Notes: generated by a model from the sequence alone, not told the origin. A stretch of 64,000 nt of DNA from Gammaproteobacteria bacterium (GCA_034520625.1 JAXHNI010000009.1:609494-673493), one strand, 5' to 3'. Numbered from the stretch's first letter, positions 18,862-30,457 are shown. Numbers and translations are program-made.

Positions 18862-19154
18862 GCATCCAGCTGAACACCGACGATCCGCAAACCTGGACCG
18901 TGGCGGGATCGCTTATCTTCGCCAGCGTGCCGGAGATGCAGGAACGAAGCCTGCCCTGGTTCGCATCGCCGCCGTCCACGCTGGACCTGTCGGGGGTGGA
19001 ACGCATCGACAGCGCGGGCATCGCGCTGGTGATCGAATGGGCGCGCCGGGCGAAGATGGCCGGCGCGGACATGCGCCTGGTGAACGTGCCGGCCGGCATG
19101 ACGGCGCTGTCCAAAACCGCCGGACTGGACCGGTTGCTGAAGATCGACGACTAG
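18858..19154 (+). CDS. mlaB: STAS-domain protein MlaB
   Basis: 98 aa STAS/anti-sigma-antagonist-like protein (LDLSGVERIDSAGIALVIEW), last gene of the mla block. Its TAG stop is formed at the MITE boundary. Confidence 0.8.
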   Translation: MSIQLNTDDPQTWTVAGSLIFASVPEMQERSLPWFASPPSTLDLSGVERIDSAGIALVIEWARRAKMAGADMRLVNVPAGMTALSKTAGLDRLLKIDD

Positions 19155-19400
19155 CATGCCCCACCGCCGGATTTGAGAACCAGTGCCGGAGCATGGGGCC
19201 GGTGTCGAGGGCCGTCCCCCAGGGCCGCTGTAAATACATCCCTGTACGCTCTCGCTCAAACATCCTAAGTTTTCGAGAGCCCTGGGGGACGGCCCCCGAC
19301 ACCGGCCTTCCCGATCATGCAGGCCGTCAAACCCGACCAATTCCCGAGGCTCGCCCGGAGGCGCCCGACCCCCGGCTCCCTGTCTCAACCACGAAGAAGA
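19152..19400. mobile_element. MITE-like nested palindromic element, copy 1 (right end degenerate)
   Basis: Left end is TA|GCATGCCCCACCGCCGG. The inner hairpin at 19196-19307 has 29-bp arms around the conserved core CCGCTGTAAATACATCCCTGTACGCTCTCGCTCAAACATCC. The right boundary is uncertain. Confidence 0.7.
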
Positions 19401-19418
19401 TTCGACCTGGATTACTGA

Positions 19419-20345
19419 ATGCCGTCCGACCCCGCTGTATTCATTGACAAAGTCCACAAGCGATTCGGCGCCGTCAAGGCGCTGAACGGCGTTTCGTTCT
19501 CCATCGAGCGCGGTGAGTTCTTCGGACTGCTCGGGCCCAACGGTGCGGGAAAGTCGACCCTGATCAACGCCCTGGCCGGCCTGACCCGGGTGGACCAGGG
19601 CACGCTGCAGATCATGGGCCACGACGTGGTGAAAGCCTATCGCAGGTCCAGGATGAACGTCGGCGTCGTGCCCCAGGAGCTGGTTTACGATCCGTTTTTC
19701 ACCGTCAGGGAGTTTCTCCGTTTCCAGGCCGGCTATTTCGGGGTGGCGCGGGACGCCGGTCCCTGGATCGATGAGCTGCTGGACGCCCTGGATCTGGCCG
19801 ACAAGGCCGACGCCAACATGCGGGCGTTGTCCGGGGGGATGAAGCGGCGGGTGCTCATCGGCCAGGCCCTGGTTCACAAGCCGCCGGTGGTGGTGCTGGA
19901 CGAGCCCACCGCCGGCGTGGATGTGGAGCTGCGCCAGCACCTGTGGACTTTCATCCGCCGCCTCCATGCCGAAGGCCATACCATCGTTCTGACCACCCAT
20001 TACCTCGAGGAGGCCGAGCAGCTCTGCGACCGGATCGCCATCATCGACCACGGTGAGCTGGTGGCGCTCGAGACCAAGTCCGATCTGCTGGCCCGGGGCA
20101 TCTACAGGAGCCTTCACGTCGTCGCCTCCCGGGATATCGAGTCCGTGCCGCCCGCCGTCGAGGACCTGGTCAAGGCCGTCCACGGCTGCAGCATGGAGCT
20201 GCGCCTGCGCCGGGACAGCGATTCGGTGATGGGCGTGCTGGACTCGATACGCAGCGCCGGCATCGAGGTTAAGGACATCCACATGGAGGACGATGATCTC
20301 GAGGACGTGTTCATCCAGCTCACCCGCCGGAGCCCCGGGCCATGA
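19419..20345 (+). CDS. ABC-2-type transporter ATP-binding protein (YadG-like)
   Basis: 308 aa with Walker A GPNGAGKST, signature LSGGMKRRVLIGQAL and Walker B VVVLDEPT. 4-nt overlap with the downstream permease. Confidence 0.85.
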   Translation: MPSDPAVFIDKVHKRFGAVKALNGVSFSIERGEFFGLLGPNGAGKSTLINALAGLTRVDQGTLQIMGHDVVKAYRRSRMNVGVVPQELVYDPFFTVREFLRFQAGYFGVARDAGPWIDELLDALDLADKADANMRALSGGMKRRVLIGQALVHKPPVVVLDEPTAGVDVELRQHLWTFIRRLHAEGHTIVLTTHYLEEAEQLCDRIAIIDHGELVALETKSDLLARGIYRSLHVVASRDIESVPPAVEDLVKAVHGCSMELRLRRDSDSVMGVLDSIRSAGIEVKDIHMEDDDLEDVFIQLTRRSPGP

Positions 20346-21097
20346 AAGGGATGCTCTGGTTGTTCTACAAGGAGCTGATGCGGTTCTGGAAGGTCGGTTT
20401 CCAGACCATGCTCGCGCCGGTCATGACCGCGCTGCTCTATCTGCTGGTGTTCTCCCATGTGCTGGAGGACCGGCTGCAGGTGTTCGAGAACGTGCCGTAT
20501 ACCTCATTCCTGATCCCCGGCCTCATGATGATGAGCATGATCCAGAATGCCTTCGCCAACAGCTCGTCCAGCATCATCCAGTCCAAGGTAACGGGCAACC
20601 TGGTGTTCGTGCTGATTACGCCGTTGTCGTATTTCGAGCTGTACTGCGCCTACGTGGGCGCGGCCATCGTCCGCGGTGTGGCGGTGGGAGCGGGGGTGTT
20701 CCTGGTGGCGGTTTTGTATGTCGACCTGCCGGTTTACAATCTGTGGCTCGTGCTGCTTTTCGCGATGCTGGCGAGCGGGGTGCAGGGCGCCCTGGGTGTA
20801 ATTGCCGGGATCTGGGCGGAGAAGTACGATCAGCTCGCCGCATTCCAGAATTTCGTCATTATGCCGTTGTCGTTCCTGAGCGGCGTGTTTTATTCGATCC
20901 GCTCGCTGCCCGAAGTCTGGCAGGAGCTGTCAAAATTCAACCCGTTTTTCTATATGATTGACGGGTTCCGGTACGGCTTCTTCGGCCAGTCGGATATGCC
21001 CGTGGCGGCGAGCCTGGCGCTGAGCGCCGCCCTGTTCGCGGCATTGTCCGCGTGGGCGCTGTTGCTGCTGCACCGGGGCTACAAGCTCCGCCAGTAG
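20342..21097 (+). CDS. ABC-2-type transporter permease (YadH-like)
   Basis: 251 aa with six predicted TM helices, an ABC-2 membrane-protein pattern. Translationally coupled to the ATPase. Confidence 0.8.
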   Translation: MKGMLWLFYKELMRFWKVGFQTMLAPVMTALLYLLVFSHVLEDRLQVFENVPYTSFLIPGLMMMSMIQNAFANSSSSIIQSKVTGNLVFVLITPLSYFELYCAYVGAAIVRGVAVGAGVFLVAVLYVDLPVYNLWLVLLFAMLASGVQGALGVIAGIWAEKYDQLAAFQNFVIMPLSFLSGVFYSIRSLPEVWQELSKFNPFFYMIDGFRYGFFGQSDMPVAASLALSAALFAALSAWALLLLHRGYKLRQ

Positions 21098-21132
21098 CTT
21101 TCCATACACCACCGCACAAGGTCGCATACGAA

Positions 21133-21366
21133 ATGGTTACCCCCGAACACATCAAGCAGTGGATCGAGTCGGATCTGCCCGGGTCGCGGGTTGAAATCGA
21201 AGGCGATGGCCGCCATTTTCAGGCCATCGTCGTGTGCGGGGATTTTGCAGGAAAGACGCGGATTCAGCAGCACCAGATGGTATATGATGCCCTGGGCGAC
21301 AGGATGAAGGCCGACATTCACGCATTGTCCCTGCGCACCCTTACCCCCGATCAGTGGGACCAGTAA
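21133..21366 (+). CDS. ibaG: BolA-family protein IbaG (YrbA)
   Basis: 77 aa from ATG 21133 (MVTPEHIKQWIESDLPG...GDGRHFQAIVV...HALSLRT), a BolA signature. Canonical position between mla and murA. Confidence 0.85.
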   Translation: MVTPEHIKQWIESDLPGSRVEIEGDGRHFQAIVVCGDFAGKTRIQQHQMVYDALGDRMKADIHALSLRTLTPDQWDQ

Positions 21367-21394
21367 TCCAAGCAGCTCTCGCGAGGTTCAACCA

Positions 21395-21712
21395 ATGAGC
21401 GATACCCAGGAAAGAATCAAGCAGACGGTGGAATCCAACGACATCGTTCTGTTCATGAAGGGCTCGCCGCAGTTTCCGCAATGCGGTTTCTCCGGCCGGG
21501 CCGTTCAGTTGCTACAGGCCTGCGGCGCCGAGTTCGCCGCCGTGGACGTACTGGCGGATCCCGACGTCCGCGAGGGCATCAAGCAGTATTCCAACTGGCC
21601 GACCATCCCCCAGCTCTACGTCAGGGGGCAGTTCGTCGGCGGCAGCGACATCCTGATGGAGATGTACGAGAGCGGCGAGCTCAAGCAGGCCCTGGCGGGA
21701 GAAACCGCCTGA
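21395..21712 (+). CDS. grxD: Monothiol glutaredoxin (Grx4 family)
   Basis: 105 aa with the CGFS active site ([10 protein letters not shown]) and the WPTIPQLYV motif. Confidence 0.9.
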   Translation: MSDTQERIKQTVESNDIVLFMKGSPQFPQCGFSGRAVQLLQACGAEFAAVDVLADPDVREGIKQYSNWPTIPQLYVRGQFVGGSDILMEMYESGELKQALAGETA

Positions 21713-23101
<1,389 letters not shown>

Positions 23102-23109
23102 GCAGGGCC

Positions 23110-23769
23110 ATGAACGACGCGCCGGTGAAAATCGCCCTCGCCAAGGGGCGGATTCTGGATGAGGCACTGCCGCTGTTCGAGCGTATCGGCCTCGCACCCG
23201 TGGAATCCCCGTCGAAAAGCCGCAAGCTCGTGATCGACACCGAGTCCGGGCGGGCGCAGCTGGTTATTATCCGGGGCGCCGATGTGCCGACCTACGTGCA
23301 GTTCGGCGCCGCCCATCTCGGCATAGTCGGCAAGGATGTGCTGCTCGAGCACGGCGGCGGCGACCTGGCGGAGCTGCTGGACCTGGGCTTCGCGCGCTGC
23401 CGGCTGGTGGTGGCGGAGCCCGCCGACCTGGCCGGGACGGACGGTCCGCACCAGTGGCAGCGCCTGCGGATCGCCACCAAGTACCCCAACATCGCCCGGC
23501 GTCATTTCGCCGCCAGGGGCGTGCAGACCCGGATTATCAAACTGTACGGCTCCATGGAGCTGGCGCCGCTGGTGGGCCTGGCGGACCGGATCGTGGACCT
23601 GGTGGATACCGGCGGCACCCTGAAGGCGAACAGGCTCGAGGAAGTGGAGACCGTTACCGAGATCAGCGCCAGGTTGATCGCCAATCTTGCGGCGCTGCGC
23701 ATGCAGGCCGGCCCCCTGAACGAGATCATTCAACTCATTCAGAACGCGGTGACCCCCGATGAGCGATAA
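23110..23769 (+). CDS. hisG: ATP phosphoribosyltransferase, short form (HisZ-dependent type)
   Basis: 219 aa from ATG 23110 ([18 protein letters not shown]). It lacks the C-terminal regulatory domain of long HisG. Confidence 0.9.
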   Translation: MNDAPVKIALAKGRILDEALPLFERIGLAPVESPSKSRKLVIDTESGRAQLVIIRGADVPTYVQFGAAHLGIVGKDVLLEHGGGDLAELLDLGFARCRLVVAEPADLAGTDGPHQWQRLRIATKYPNIARRHFAARGVQTRIIKLYGSMELAPLVGLADRIVDLVDTGGTLKANRLEEVETVTEISARLIANLAALRMQAGPLNEIIQLIQNAVTPDER

Positions 23770-25069
23770 ACCCCCTGTCCAGCGCCTGGATGTCGCCGCC
23801 CCCGGATTCGATGACACCTTCGAATCACTGCTGGCACGGGGCGAGGAGGCCGGCGACGCCGTTACCGCGGCGGTCACGGACATTATCAAGCGCGTGCGCC
23901 GTGACGGCGATCCGGCGCTGATCGAGTATACCGGCCGCTTCGACCGCATCGAGATCGCCCGGGCCGGGGACCTGGAACTGGAAGCCCGGCACCTGGACGA
24001 GGCACTGGCGCGGATCTCCCCGGACGAGCGCGACGCGCTGGAGCACGCGGCGGCGCGCATCCGCGCCTACCACGAGCATCAGGACCAGGCGTCCTGGCAC
24101 TATGAGGAGGCCGACGGAACGCGTCTCGGCCAGCGCGTCACCCCGTTGGACCGGGTGGGCCTGTACGTGCCCGGGGGCAAGGCTGCCTATCCCTCCACCG
24201 TTTTGATGAACGCCATCCCCGCCAGGGTGGCGGGCGTCGGCGAGCTGATCATGACCGTGCCCACACCGGGCGGCGACACCAACGACCTGGTTCTGGCGGC
24301 GGCCCGCATCGCCGGCGTCGACCGCGTGTTCCGCATCGGCGGCGCCCAGGCGGTGGCGGCGCTGGCCTGGGGAACGGAAACCGTGCCGCGGGTGGACAAG
24401 ATCGTTGGGCCTGGCAACATTTACGTGGCGACCGCCAAGCGCCTGGTATTCGGGCAGGTGGGCATCGATATGATCGCCGGTCCCTCGGAAGTCGTTATCG
24501 TCGCCGATGACAGCGTCGATCCCGACTGGACGGCGATGGACCTGTTCGCCCAGGCGGAGCACGACGAGCTGGCCCAGTCCGTCCTGATTTCCGCGGACCA
24601 CGGGTATCTCGATCGGGTGGCCGATGCCATCCGGCGCCTGCTGCCGGAAATGGAACGCCGGGAAATCATCGAGGCGGCGCTGGCGGGGCAGGGCGCGCTG
24701 ATCGCCGTGCCGGACCTGGACCGGGCCGCTGAGCTCGTCAACCGCATCGCGCCGGAGCACCTGGAGCTGCTCATGCGGAACGCCGACAGCTTCATGGATC
24801 GGATCCGCCACGCCGGCGCGATTTTCGTCGGGCCCTGGAGCGCCGAAGCGATGGGCGATTACTGCGCCGGCCCCAACCACGTCCTGCCCACCTCCGGCAC
24901 CGCACGGTTCAGCTCACCGCTCGGGGTCTACGACTTCCAGAAACGCTCCAGCGTCATCGCCTGTTCGGAAGAAGGGGCCCGTGCCATGTCGCGGACGGCA
25001 TCGGTGCTTGCCCGGGCGGAATCCCTGACGGCACATGCCCGTTCCGCGGAGTATCGCGGTGGTGAATGA
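23759..25069 (+). CDS. hisD: Histidinol dehydrogenase
   Basis: 436 aa with family motifs ([21 protein letters not shown]). Overlaps the hisG stop. Confidence 0.95.
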   Translation: MSDKPPVQRLDVAAPGFDDTFESLLARGEEAGDAVTAAVTDIIKRVRRDGDPALIEYTGRFDRIEIARAGDLELEARHLDEALARISPDERDALEHAAARIRAYHEHQDQASWHYEEADGTRLGQRVTPLDRVGLYVPGGKAAYPSTVLMNAIPARVAGVGELIMTVPTPGGDTNDLVLAAARIAGVDRVFRIGGAQAVAALAWGTETVPRVDKIVGPGNIYVATAKRLVFGQVGIDMIAGPSEVVIVADDSVDPDWTAMDLFAQAEHDELAQSVLISADHGYLDRVADAIRRLLPEMERREIIEAALAGQGALIAVPDLDRAAELVNRIAPEHLELLMRNADSFMDRIRHAGAIFVGPWSAEAMGDYCAGPNHVLPTSGTARFSSPLGVYDFQKRSSVIACSEEGARAMSRTASVLARAESLTAHARSAEYRGGE

Positions 25070-26138
25070 TTCGTCCGGGGCCCGGCGCCGGGCGGCGTCG
25101 GTGGTGCGGCCGGCCATCCGCGAGCTGTCCGCCTACCAAGCGCCGCCGGCCGGGGACGGCATCAAGCTGGATGCCATGGAAAATCCCTACGAGCTGCCGC
25201 CGGCACTGAAGTCCGGTTGGCTGGAGGTGATGCGGGAGGCGGCGCTGAACCGCTATCCGGACCCCTCCGGCGCCCAGCTCAAGGAGCGCCTGCGGCGCGT
25301 CTTCGACCTGCCCGCCGGGTCGTCCATTCTGCTTGGCAACGGCTCCGACGAGATCATTCAGATGATCCAGTTGGCCCTCGGCGGTCCGGTGCTGGCGCCG
25401 GTTCCGACGTTCGTCATGTATGAAATGACGGCCAGATTCGTGAACCTCGAATTCGCCGGTGTCCCCCTGGACCGGGAATTCGCTCTGGACGCGGACGCCA
25501 TGCTGGCGGCCGTTGAACGGCACCAACCGGCCGTGGTGTTCATCGCCTACCCCAACAACCCCACCGGCAACCTGTTCGACGAGGACGCGATTCGCCGGGT
25601 GATCGGCGCGGCCCCCGGGCTGGTGGTGATCGACGAGGCGTACCATGCGTTTGCGGGCCGAACCCTGATGCCGTACGTCGAGGCGTATCCGAACGTGCTG
25701 ATCATGCGGACCCTTTCCAAGCTCGGGCTGGCGGGCCTGCGCCTGGGTTTCGCGGCGGCGGATCCGGCCTGGATCGATGAGCTCGAAAAGGTGCGCATGC
25801 CCTACAACATCAATGTGCTGACCCAGGCAAGCGCCGTGTTCGCCCTGGACCATATCGACGTGTTCAACGAACAGGCCGCCCGCATCCGGGCTGAGCGCGG
25901 CCGGGTGGCCGCAGGCCTGGCGGCGAAGGGCTACCGGTGCTTTCCGAGCGACGCCAACTTCATCCTGTTCCGTTGCCGCGAAAAGGATGCCGGCGACGTC
26001 TTCCGGACCCTGCTGGATGACGGCGTGGTGATCAAGAATCTCGATGGCGCCCATCCCGCCCTGGCGGGCTGCCTGCGGGTTACCATCGGCACGCCGGATG
26101 AGAATGACCGGTTTCTGGAGGCGTTGCCGGGTTCCTGA
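25035..26138 (+). CDS. hisC: Histidinol-phosphate aminotransferase
   Basis: Class-II aminotransferase with LDAMENPY and the PLP-lysine region [17 protein letters not shown] 25035 overlaps hisD by 35 nt; GTG 25059 has GGAG 7 nt upstream and is an equally plausible start. Confidence 0.9.
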   Translation: MPVPRSIAVVNDSSGARRRAASVVRPAIRELSAYQAPPAGDGIKLDAMENPYELPPALKSGWLEVMREAALNRYPDPSGAQLKERLRRVFDLPAGSSILLGNGSDEIIQMIQLALGGPVLAPVPTFVMYEMTARFVNLEFAGVPLDREFALDADAMLAAVERHQPAVVFIAYPNNPTGNLFDEDAIRRVIGAAPGLVVIDEAYHAFAGRTLMPYVEAYPNVLIMRTLSKLGLAGLRLGFAAADPAWIDELEKVRMPYNINVLTQASAVFALDHIDVFNEQAARIRAERGRVAAGLAAKGYRCFPSDANFILFRCREKDAGDVFRTLLDDGVVIKNLDGAHPALAGCLRVTIGTPDENDRFLEALPGS

Positions 26139-26188
26139 TGGCGGTGGGCGCCGAGCTACCTGCCGGACCGGACCCGCAGGCGTCGATT

Positions 26189-26197
26189 TGCTATAGT
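26189..26197 (+). promoter_or_regulatory. Candidate internal extended -10 promoter (TGCTATAGT) upstream of hisB
   Basis: TTTGCTATAGTCGCG lies in the 94-bp hisC-hisB gap and matches the petA upstream site TTTGCTATAATCGCG at 14/15 positions. It is 36 nt upstream of the hisB ATG. Confidence 0.45.
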
Positions 26198-26232
26198 CGC
26201 GGCGCTTATCAACACTCGAATCCCTGTCCCCG

Positions 26233-26826
26233 ATGACGATCCGCGAAGCCAGTATCGAACGCCTCACCCGGGAGACCCGGATCACTGTCACCGTAAATCT
26301 GGACGGCAGGGGTACGGGAAGTTTCTCCACCGGCGTGCCGTTCCTGGAGCACATGCTGGAACAGGTCGCCCGGCACGGGATGATCGATTTCCGCGTGGAC
26401 GCCGAGGGCGACCTGGAGATCGACGCCCATCACACCGTCGAGGACATCGGCATCACCTTCGGCCAGGCCATGGCACAGGCCATCGGCGACAAGTCCGGCA
26501 TCAATCGCTATGGGCACGCCTATGTGCCCCTGGACGAGGCCCTGAGCCGTGTGGTGCTGGATTTCTCCGGCCGGCCGGGACTGGAATACCATGTCGAGTA
26601 TCCCCGGGCGCGGATCGGTGAATTCGATGTCGATCTGTTCCGGGAGTTCTTCCAGGCATTCTGCAATCACGCCGGCGTCACCCTGCACATCGACAACCTG
26701 CGAGGCCGCAACGCTCACCACATCGCGGAAACGATATTCAAGGCGTTCGGCCGGGCGCTGCGGGCGGCGGCGTCCCCGGACGACCGGCGCGGCGGCGAGA
26801 TCCCGTCCACCAAGGGATCGCTTTAG
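26233..26826 (+). CDS. hisB: Imidazoleglycerol-phosphate dehydratase
   Basis: 197 aa, monofunctional IGPD with HHxxE motifs ([23 protein letters not shown]). The TAG stop is formed at the MITE boundary. Confidence 0.95.
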   Translation: MTIREASIERLTRETRITVTVNLDGRGTGSFSTGVPFLEHMLEQVARHGMIDFRVDAEGDLEIDAHHTVEDIGITFGQAMAQAIGDKSGINRYGHAYVPLDEALSRVVLDFSGRPGLEYHVEYPRARIGEFDVDLFREFFQAFCNHAGVTLHIDNLRGRNAHHIAETIFKAFGRALRAAASPDDRRGGEIPSTKGSL

Positions 26827-27118
26827 TGCACCCCGTTGCTGAATGTGTCACCGCCGGAACGTTCCCGGTCCGTCAGGAGCAGGTGGGTTCCCGTAGGCCG
26901 AGGCCGGGTATGACAGCTCCTCGGTTCGGGCCGGTGCCGGGGGGCGTCCCCCAGGGCTCTCGAAAACAAGGATGTTTGAGCGAGAGCGTACAGGGATGTA
27001 TTCACAGCGGCCCTGGGGGACGCCCCCCGGCACCGGCCCGGTCCATGGCACTTATTCCCAAAGCGGGCCACGACCTGCGGAGCGCTGATTGGCGCTATAT
27101 CAGCGGCGGGGTGCAATA
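26824..27118. mobile_element. MITE-like nested palindromic element, copy 2 (295 bp including TA flanks)
   Basis: TA|GTGCACCCCGTTGCTGA ... TCAGCGGCGGGGTGCAA|TA are terminal inverted repeats. The inner hairpin is at 26928-27039. The core lies in reverse orientation relative to copies 1 and 4. Confidence 0.8.
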
Positions 27119-27152
27119 ACCTCTTCGTACCAGTTGTCGTATTGACTTCACC

Positions 27153-27827
27153 ATGAATCGAATCGCGGTCATCGACCTGGGAACCGGCAACCTGCGTTCC
27201 GTCGCCCGGGCTCTGGAAACCGTCGCAGGGCGTGATTGCGAAGTGCGCATCACCGAGTCCGCGGCGGACGTCGCCGCCGCCGACCGCGTCGTGTTCCCGG
27301 GGCAGAGCGCGATCCGGTCCGTCATGGACAGGCTCCGGGGCAACCCGGCGCTGCTCGACGCCGTGGTCGAAGCGATCCGGGGAAAGCCCTTTCTCGGCAT
27401 CTGCATCGGGCTCCAGGCGCTTTACGGGCACAGTTCCGAGGACGGTGGCGTCGATTGCCTGGGGGTCCTCGAGGGGGAGGTCCGGCATTTCCTCGAGGCC
27501 GGCGGCGGGTCCCGTGAAGCCTTTACCGACCCCGCCACCGGCGCGCGGCTCAAGATCCCCCACATGGGCTGGAATACCGTGCGCATGGACCGCGAGCACC
27601 CCCTGTGGGAGGGGATCGAGCAGGACGCCTGGTTCTATTTCGTGCACAGCTACTGTGCCATGCCGGGGTCGCCCGCGGAGAACTGCGGCACCACGAGCTA
27701 CGGTGTGGACTTTGTATCGGCGGCGGCGGCCGGGAATGTGTTCGCCGTTCAGTTTCACCCTGAAAAGAGCCAGCGAAACGGATTAGAATTGCTCGGCAAC
27801 TTCGTCAACTGGGACGGCGCGTCGTAG
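27153..27827 (+). CDS. hisH: Imidazole glycerol phosphate synthase, glutamine amidotransferase subunit
   Basis: 224 aa class-I GATase with the catalytic GICIGLQ and HSY...FHPEKS motifs. Confidence 0.95.
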   Translation: MNRIAVIDLGTGNLRSVARALETVAGRDCEVRITESAADVAAADRVVFPGQSAIRSVMDRLRGNPALLDAVVEAIRGKPFLGICIGLQALYGHSSEDGGVDCLGVLEGEVRHFLEAGGGSREAFTDPATGARLKIPHMGWNTVRMDREHPLWEGIEQDAWFYFVHSYCAMPGSPAENCGTTSYGVDFVSAAAAGNVFAVQFHPEKSQRNGLELLGNFVNWDGAS

Positions 27828-27872
27828 TCCGACAGCCGACAACGACAGACTCCCATCGAGCTTCAGGCTGCC

Positions 27873-28609
27873 ATGTTATTGATACCGGCTATTGATATCC
27901 AGGACGGCAAGTGCGTCCGCCTCCGCCAGGGCGACATGGAGGACGCCACCATCTACGACAATGATCCCGTCGACGCGGCCCGGCGCTGGGTGGACGCCGG
28001 CGCGAAGCGGCTGCACATCGTCGACCTGGACGGCGCCAGGGCGGGGCGGCCGGTCAATGCCGAGGCCGTCCACCGCGTGGCCCGGGAGTTTCCCGACACG
28101 CCGATCCAGCTCGGCGGCGGGGTACGGGACGAGGAGACCATCGAGGCCTACTTGGATGCGGGAGTCCAGTACGTCATTCTCGGCACAAAGGCGGTGAACG
28201 AGCCGCATTTCGTGAGCGACATGTGCCTGGAGTTTCCGGGTCACGTGATCGTCGGGCTCGACGCCCGGGACGGCAAGCTGGCGGTGGAGGGCTGGTCGAA
28301 GCTGTCCAAGCACGACGTCGTCGATCTTGCCCGGCGCATGGAGAATGATGGTGTCGAGGCCATCATCTACACGGATATTTCGCGCGACGGCATGCTGAGC
28401 GGCGTGAATATCGATGCCACCCGGCGGCTCGCCGAGGCGGTGCGGGTTCCCGTGTTCGCATCCGGCGGCATCGCCAGCCTCGACGACCTGAGGCGCCTGC
28501 TCGAGATCCGCGACGCCGGCGTGGCGGGCGCCATCACCGGCCGGGCGATTTACGACGGTTCCCTCGATTTCGCCACGGGCTTGAAACTGATCGCGGAACA
28601 CGAAGCCTG

Positions 28610-28610
<1 letters not shown>
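27873..28610 (+). CDS. hisA: ProFAR isomerase
   Basis: 245 aa; starts [20 protein letters not shown]; TIM-barrel HisA signature. Confidence 0.95.
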
Positions 28611-29377
<767 letters not shown>

Positions 29378-29380
<3 letters not shown>

Positions 29381-29672
29381 TGCACCCCGCCGCTGTAATT
29401 GTGGATTTCAGTGTTCCTCAGGCTGCGACCCGCTTTGAGAGCCCCGCTGCTCGGGCCGGTGCCGGGGGCGGTCCCCCAGGGCTCTCGAAAACAGGGATGT
29501 TTGAGCGAGAGCGTACAGGGACGTATTTACAGCGGCCCTGGGGGACCGCCCCCGGCACCGGCCCAGTCCCCGGCACCCATTCTCAAAGCGGGCCGCGGCC
29601 TGCGGAAGGCTGCCTGTCCCTGCCGGTTCCGCAACGCTCCGGCTGCCACACTATCGGCGGCAGGGTACACTA
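29378..29672. mobile_element. MITE-like nested palindromic element, copy 3 (295 bp including TA flanks)
   Basis: TA|GTGCACCCCGCCGCTGTAATTGTGG ... CCACACTATCGGCGGCAGGGTACAC|TA (about 22/27 TIR match). The inner hairpin is at 29453-29564. The core orientation matches copy 2. Confidence 0.8.
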
Positions 29673-29688
29673 GCCGCCCGATCCGGAG

Positions 29689-30090
29689 ATGGTTGTGGCG
29701 AACGAAACAGAAAACTGGCTGGAGGACGTGTGCTGGAATGCCCAGGGCCTGGTGCCCGCCGTTGCCCAGGACGCGGAAAGCGGCCGCCTGCTGATGCTGG
29801 CCTGGATGAACCGTGACGCCCTGCGTCTCACCGTGGAAACGGGGCGCGCCGTGTACTGGTCGCGGTCCCGGAACCGGCTGTGGCGCAAAGGCGAGGAATC
29901 CGGTCACTACCAGCTGCTCAGGGAGCTGCGCCTGGACTGCGACGGCGACACGGTGCTGCTGAGCGTGGAGCAGGTCGGTGGTATCGCCTGCCACACCGGG
30001 CGGCAAAGCTGTTTCTACCGCAAGCTCGACAACGGGACATGGCGGGAGATGGAAGCGCCGCTCAGGGAACCCGGGGAGATCTATCGATGA
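29689..30090 (+). CDS. hisI: Phosphoribosyl-AMP cyclohydrolase
   Basis: 133 aa; [25 protein letters not shown] ... C-x-GxxSCF motif ([11 protein letters not shown]). Separate from hisE. Confidence 0.9.
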   Translation: MVVANETENWLEDVCWNAQGLVPAVAQDAESGRLLMLAWMNRDALRLTVETGRAVYWSRSRNRLWRKGEESGHYQLLRELRLDCDGDTVLLSVEQVGGIACHTGRQSCFYRKLDNGTWREMEAPLREPGEIYR

Positions 30091-30118
30091 AGCGCGTGTT
30101 CGGGGGCGGCTGCGGACG

Positions 30119-30457
30119 ATGAGTTGTCCGGACGACAAGTTTGACCTGGACGACCTGGCGGCGGTGTTGGAGCAGCGGAAGCACGCCGATCCGGCGGATT
30201 CCTATGTGGCGAAGCTCTACCATGACGGCCTGGACGCCATCCTGAAGAAGGTGGCGGAGGAGTCGTTTGAGGTGGCCCTTGCGGCCCGGGACGGTGATCC
30301 GCGGCATCTGGTTTATGAAACCGCCGATCTGTGGTTTCATACATTGGTGCTGCTGTCCCATCAGGGGCTGGGGCCCCGGGATGTCCTGGAGGAGCTGGCG
30401 CGAAGGTTCGGAACCCCGGGTCTCGAGGAAAAAGCCCGGCGCGACAAAAATCCCTGA
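30119..30457 (+). CDS. hisE: Phosphoribosyl-ATP pyrophosphatase
   Basis: 112 aa from ATG 30119; [21 protein letters not shown] ... [13 protein letters not shown], a MazG-like HisE signature. Confidence 0.9.
   Translation: MSCPDDKFDLDDLAAVLEQRKHADPADSYVAKLYHDGLDAILKKVAEESFEVALAARDGDPRHLVYETADLWFHTLVLLSHQGLGPRDVLEELARRFGTPGLEEKARRDKNP

Noticed and set aside
23102-23109. his leader peptide or attenuator upstream of hisG
   Set aside because: hisG starts 8 nt after the murA stop, so there is no room for a His-rich leader ORF or terminator/antiterminator structures.
26826-27119. Small ORFs sharing peptide strings such as GPVPGAVPQG...SRSNI...ESPGGRPPAPA (also 19037-19447, 29399-29794, 47067-47390, 47159-47434 and 26848-27051)
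   Set aside because: The shared peptides are simply translations of the four MITE copies in various frames and strands. They have no RBS and no consistent frame, and their Pro/Gly/Arg composition is as expected for a GC-rich palindrome.
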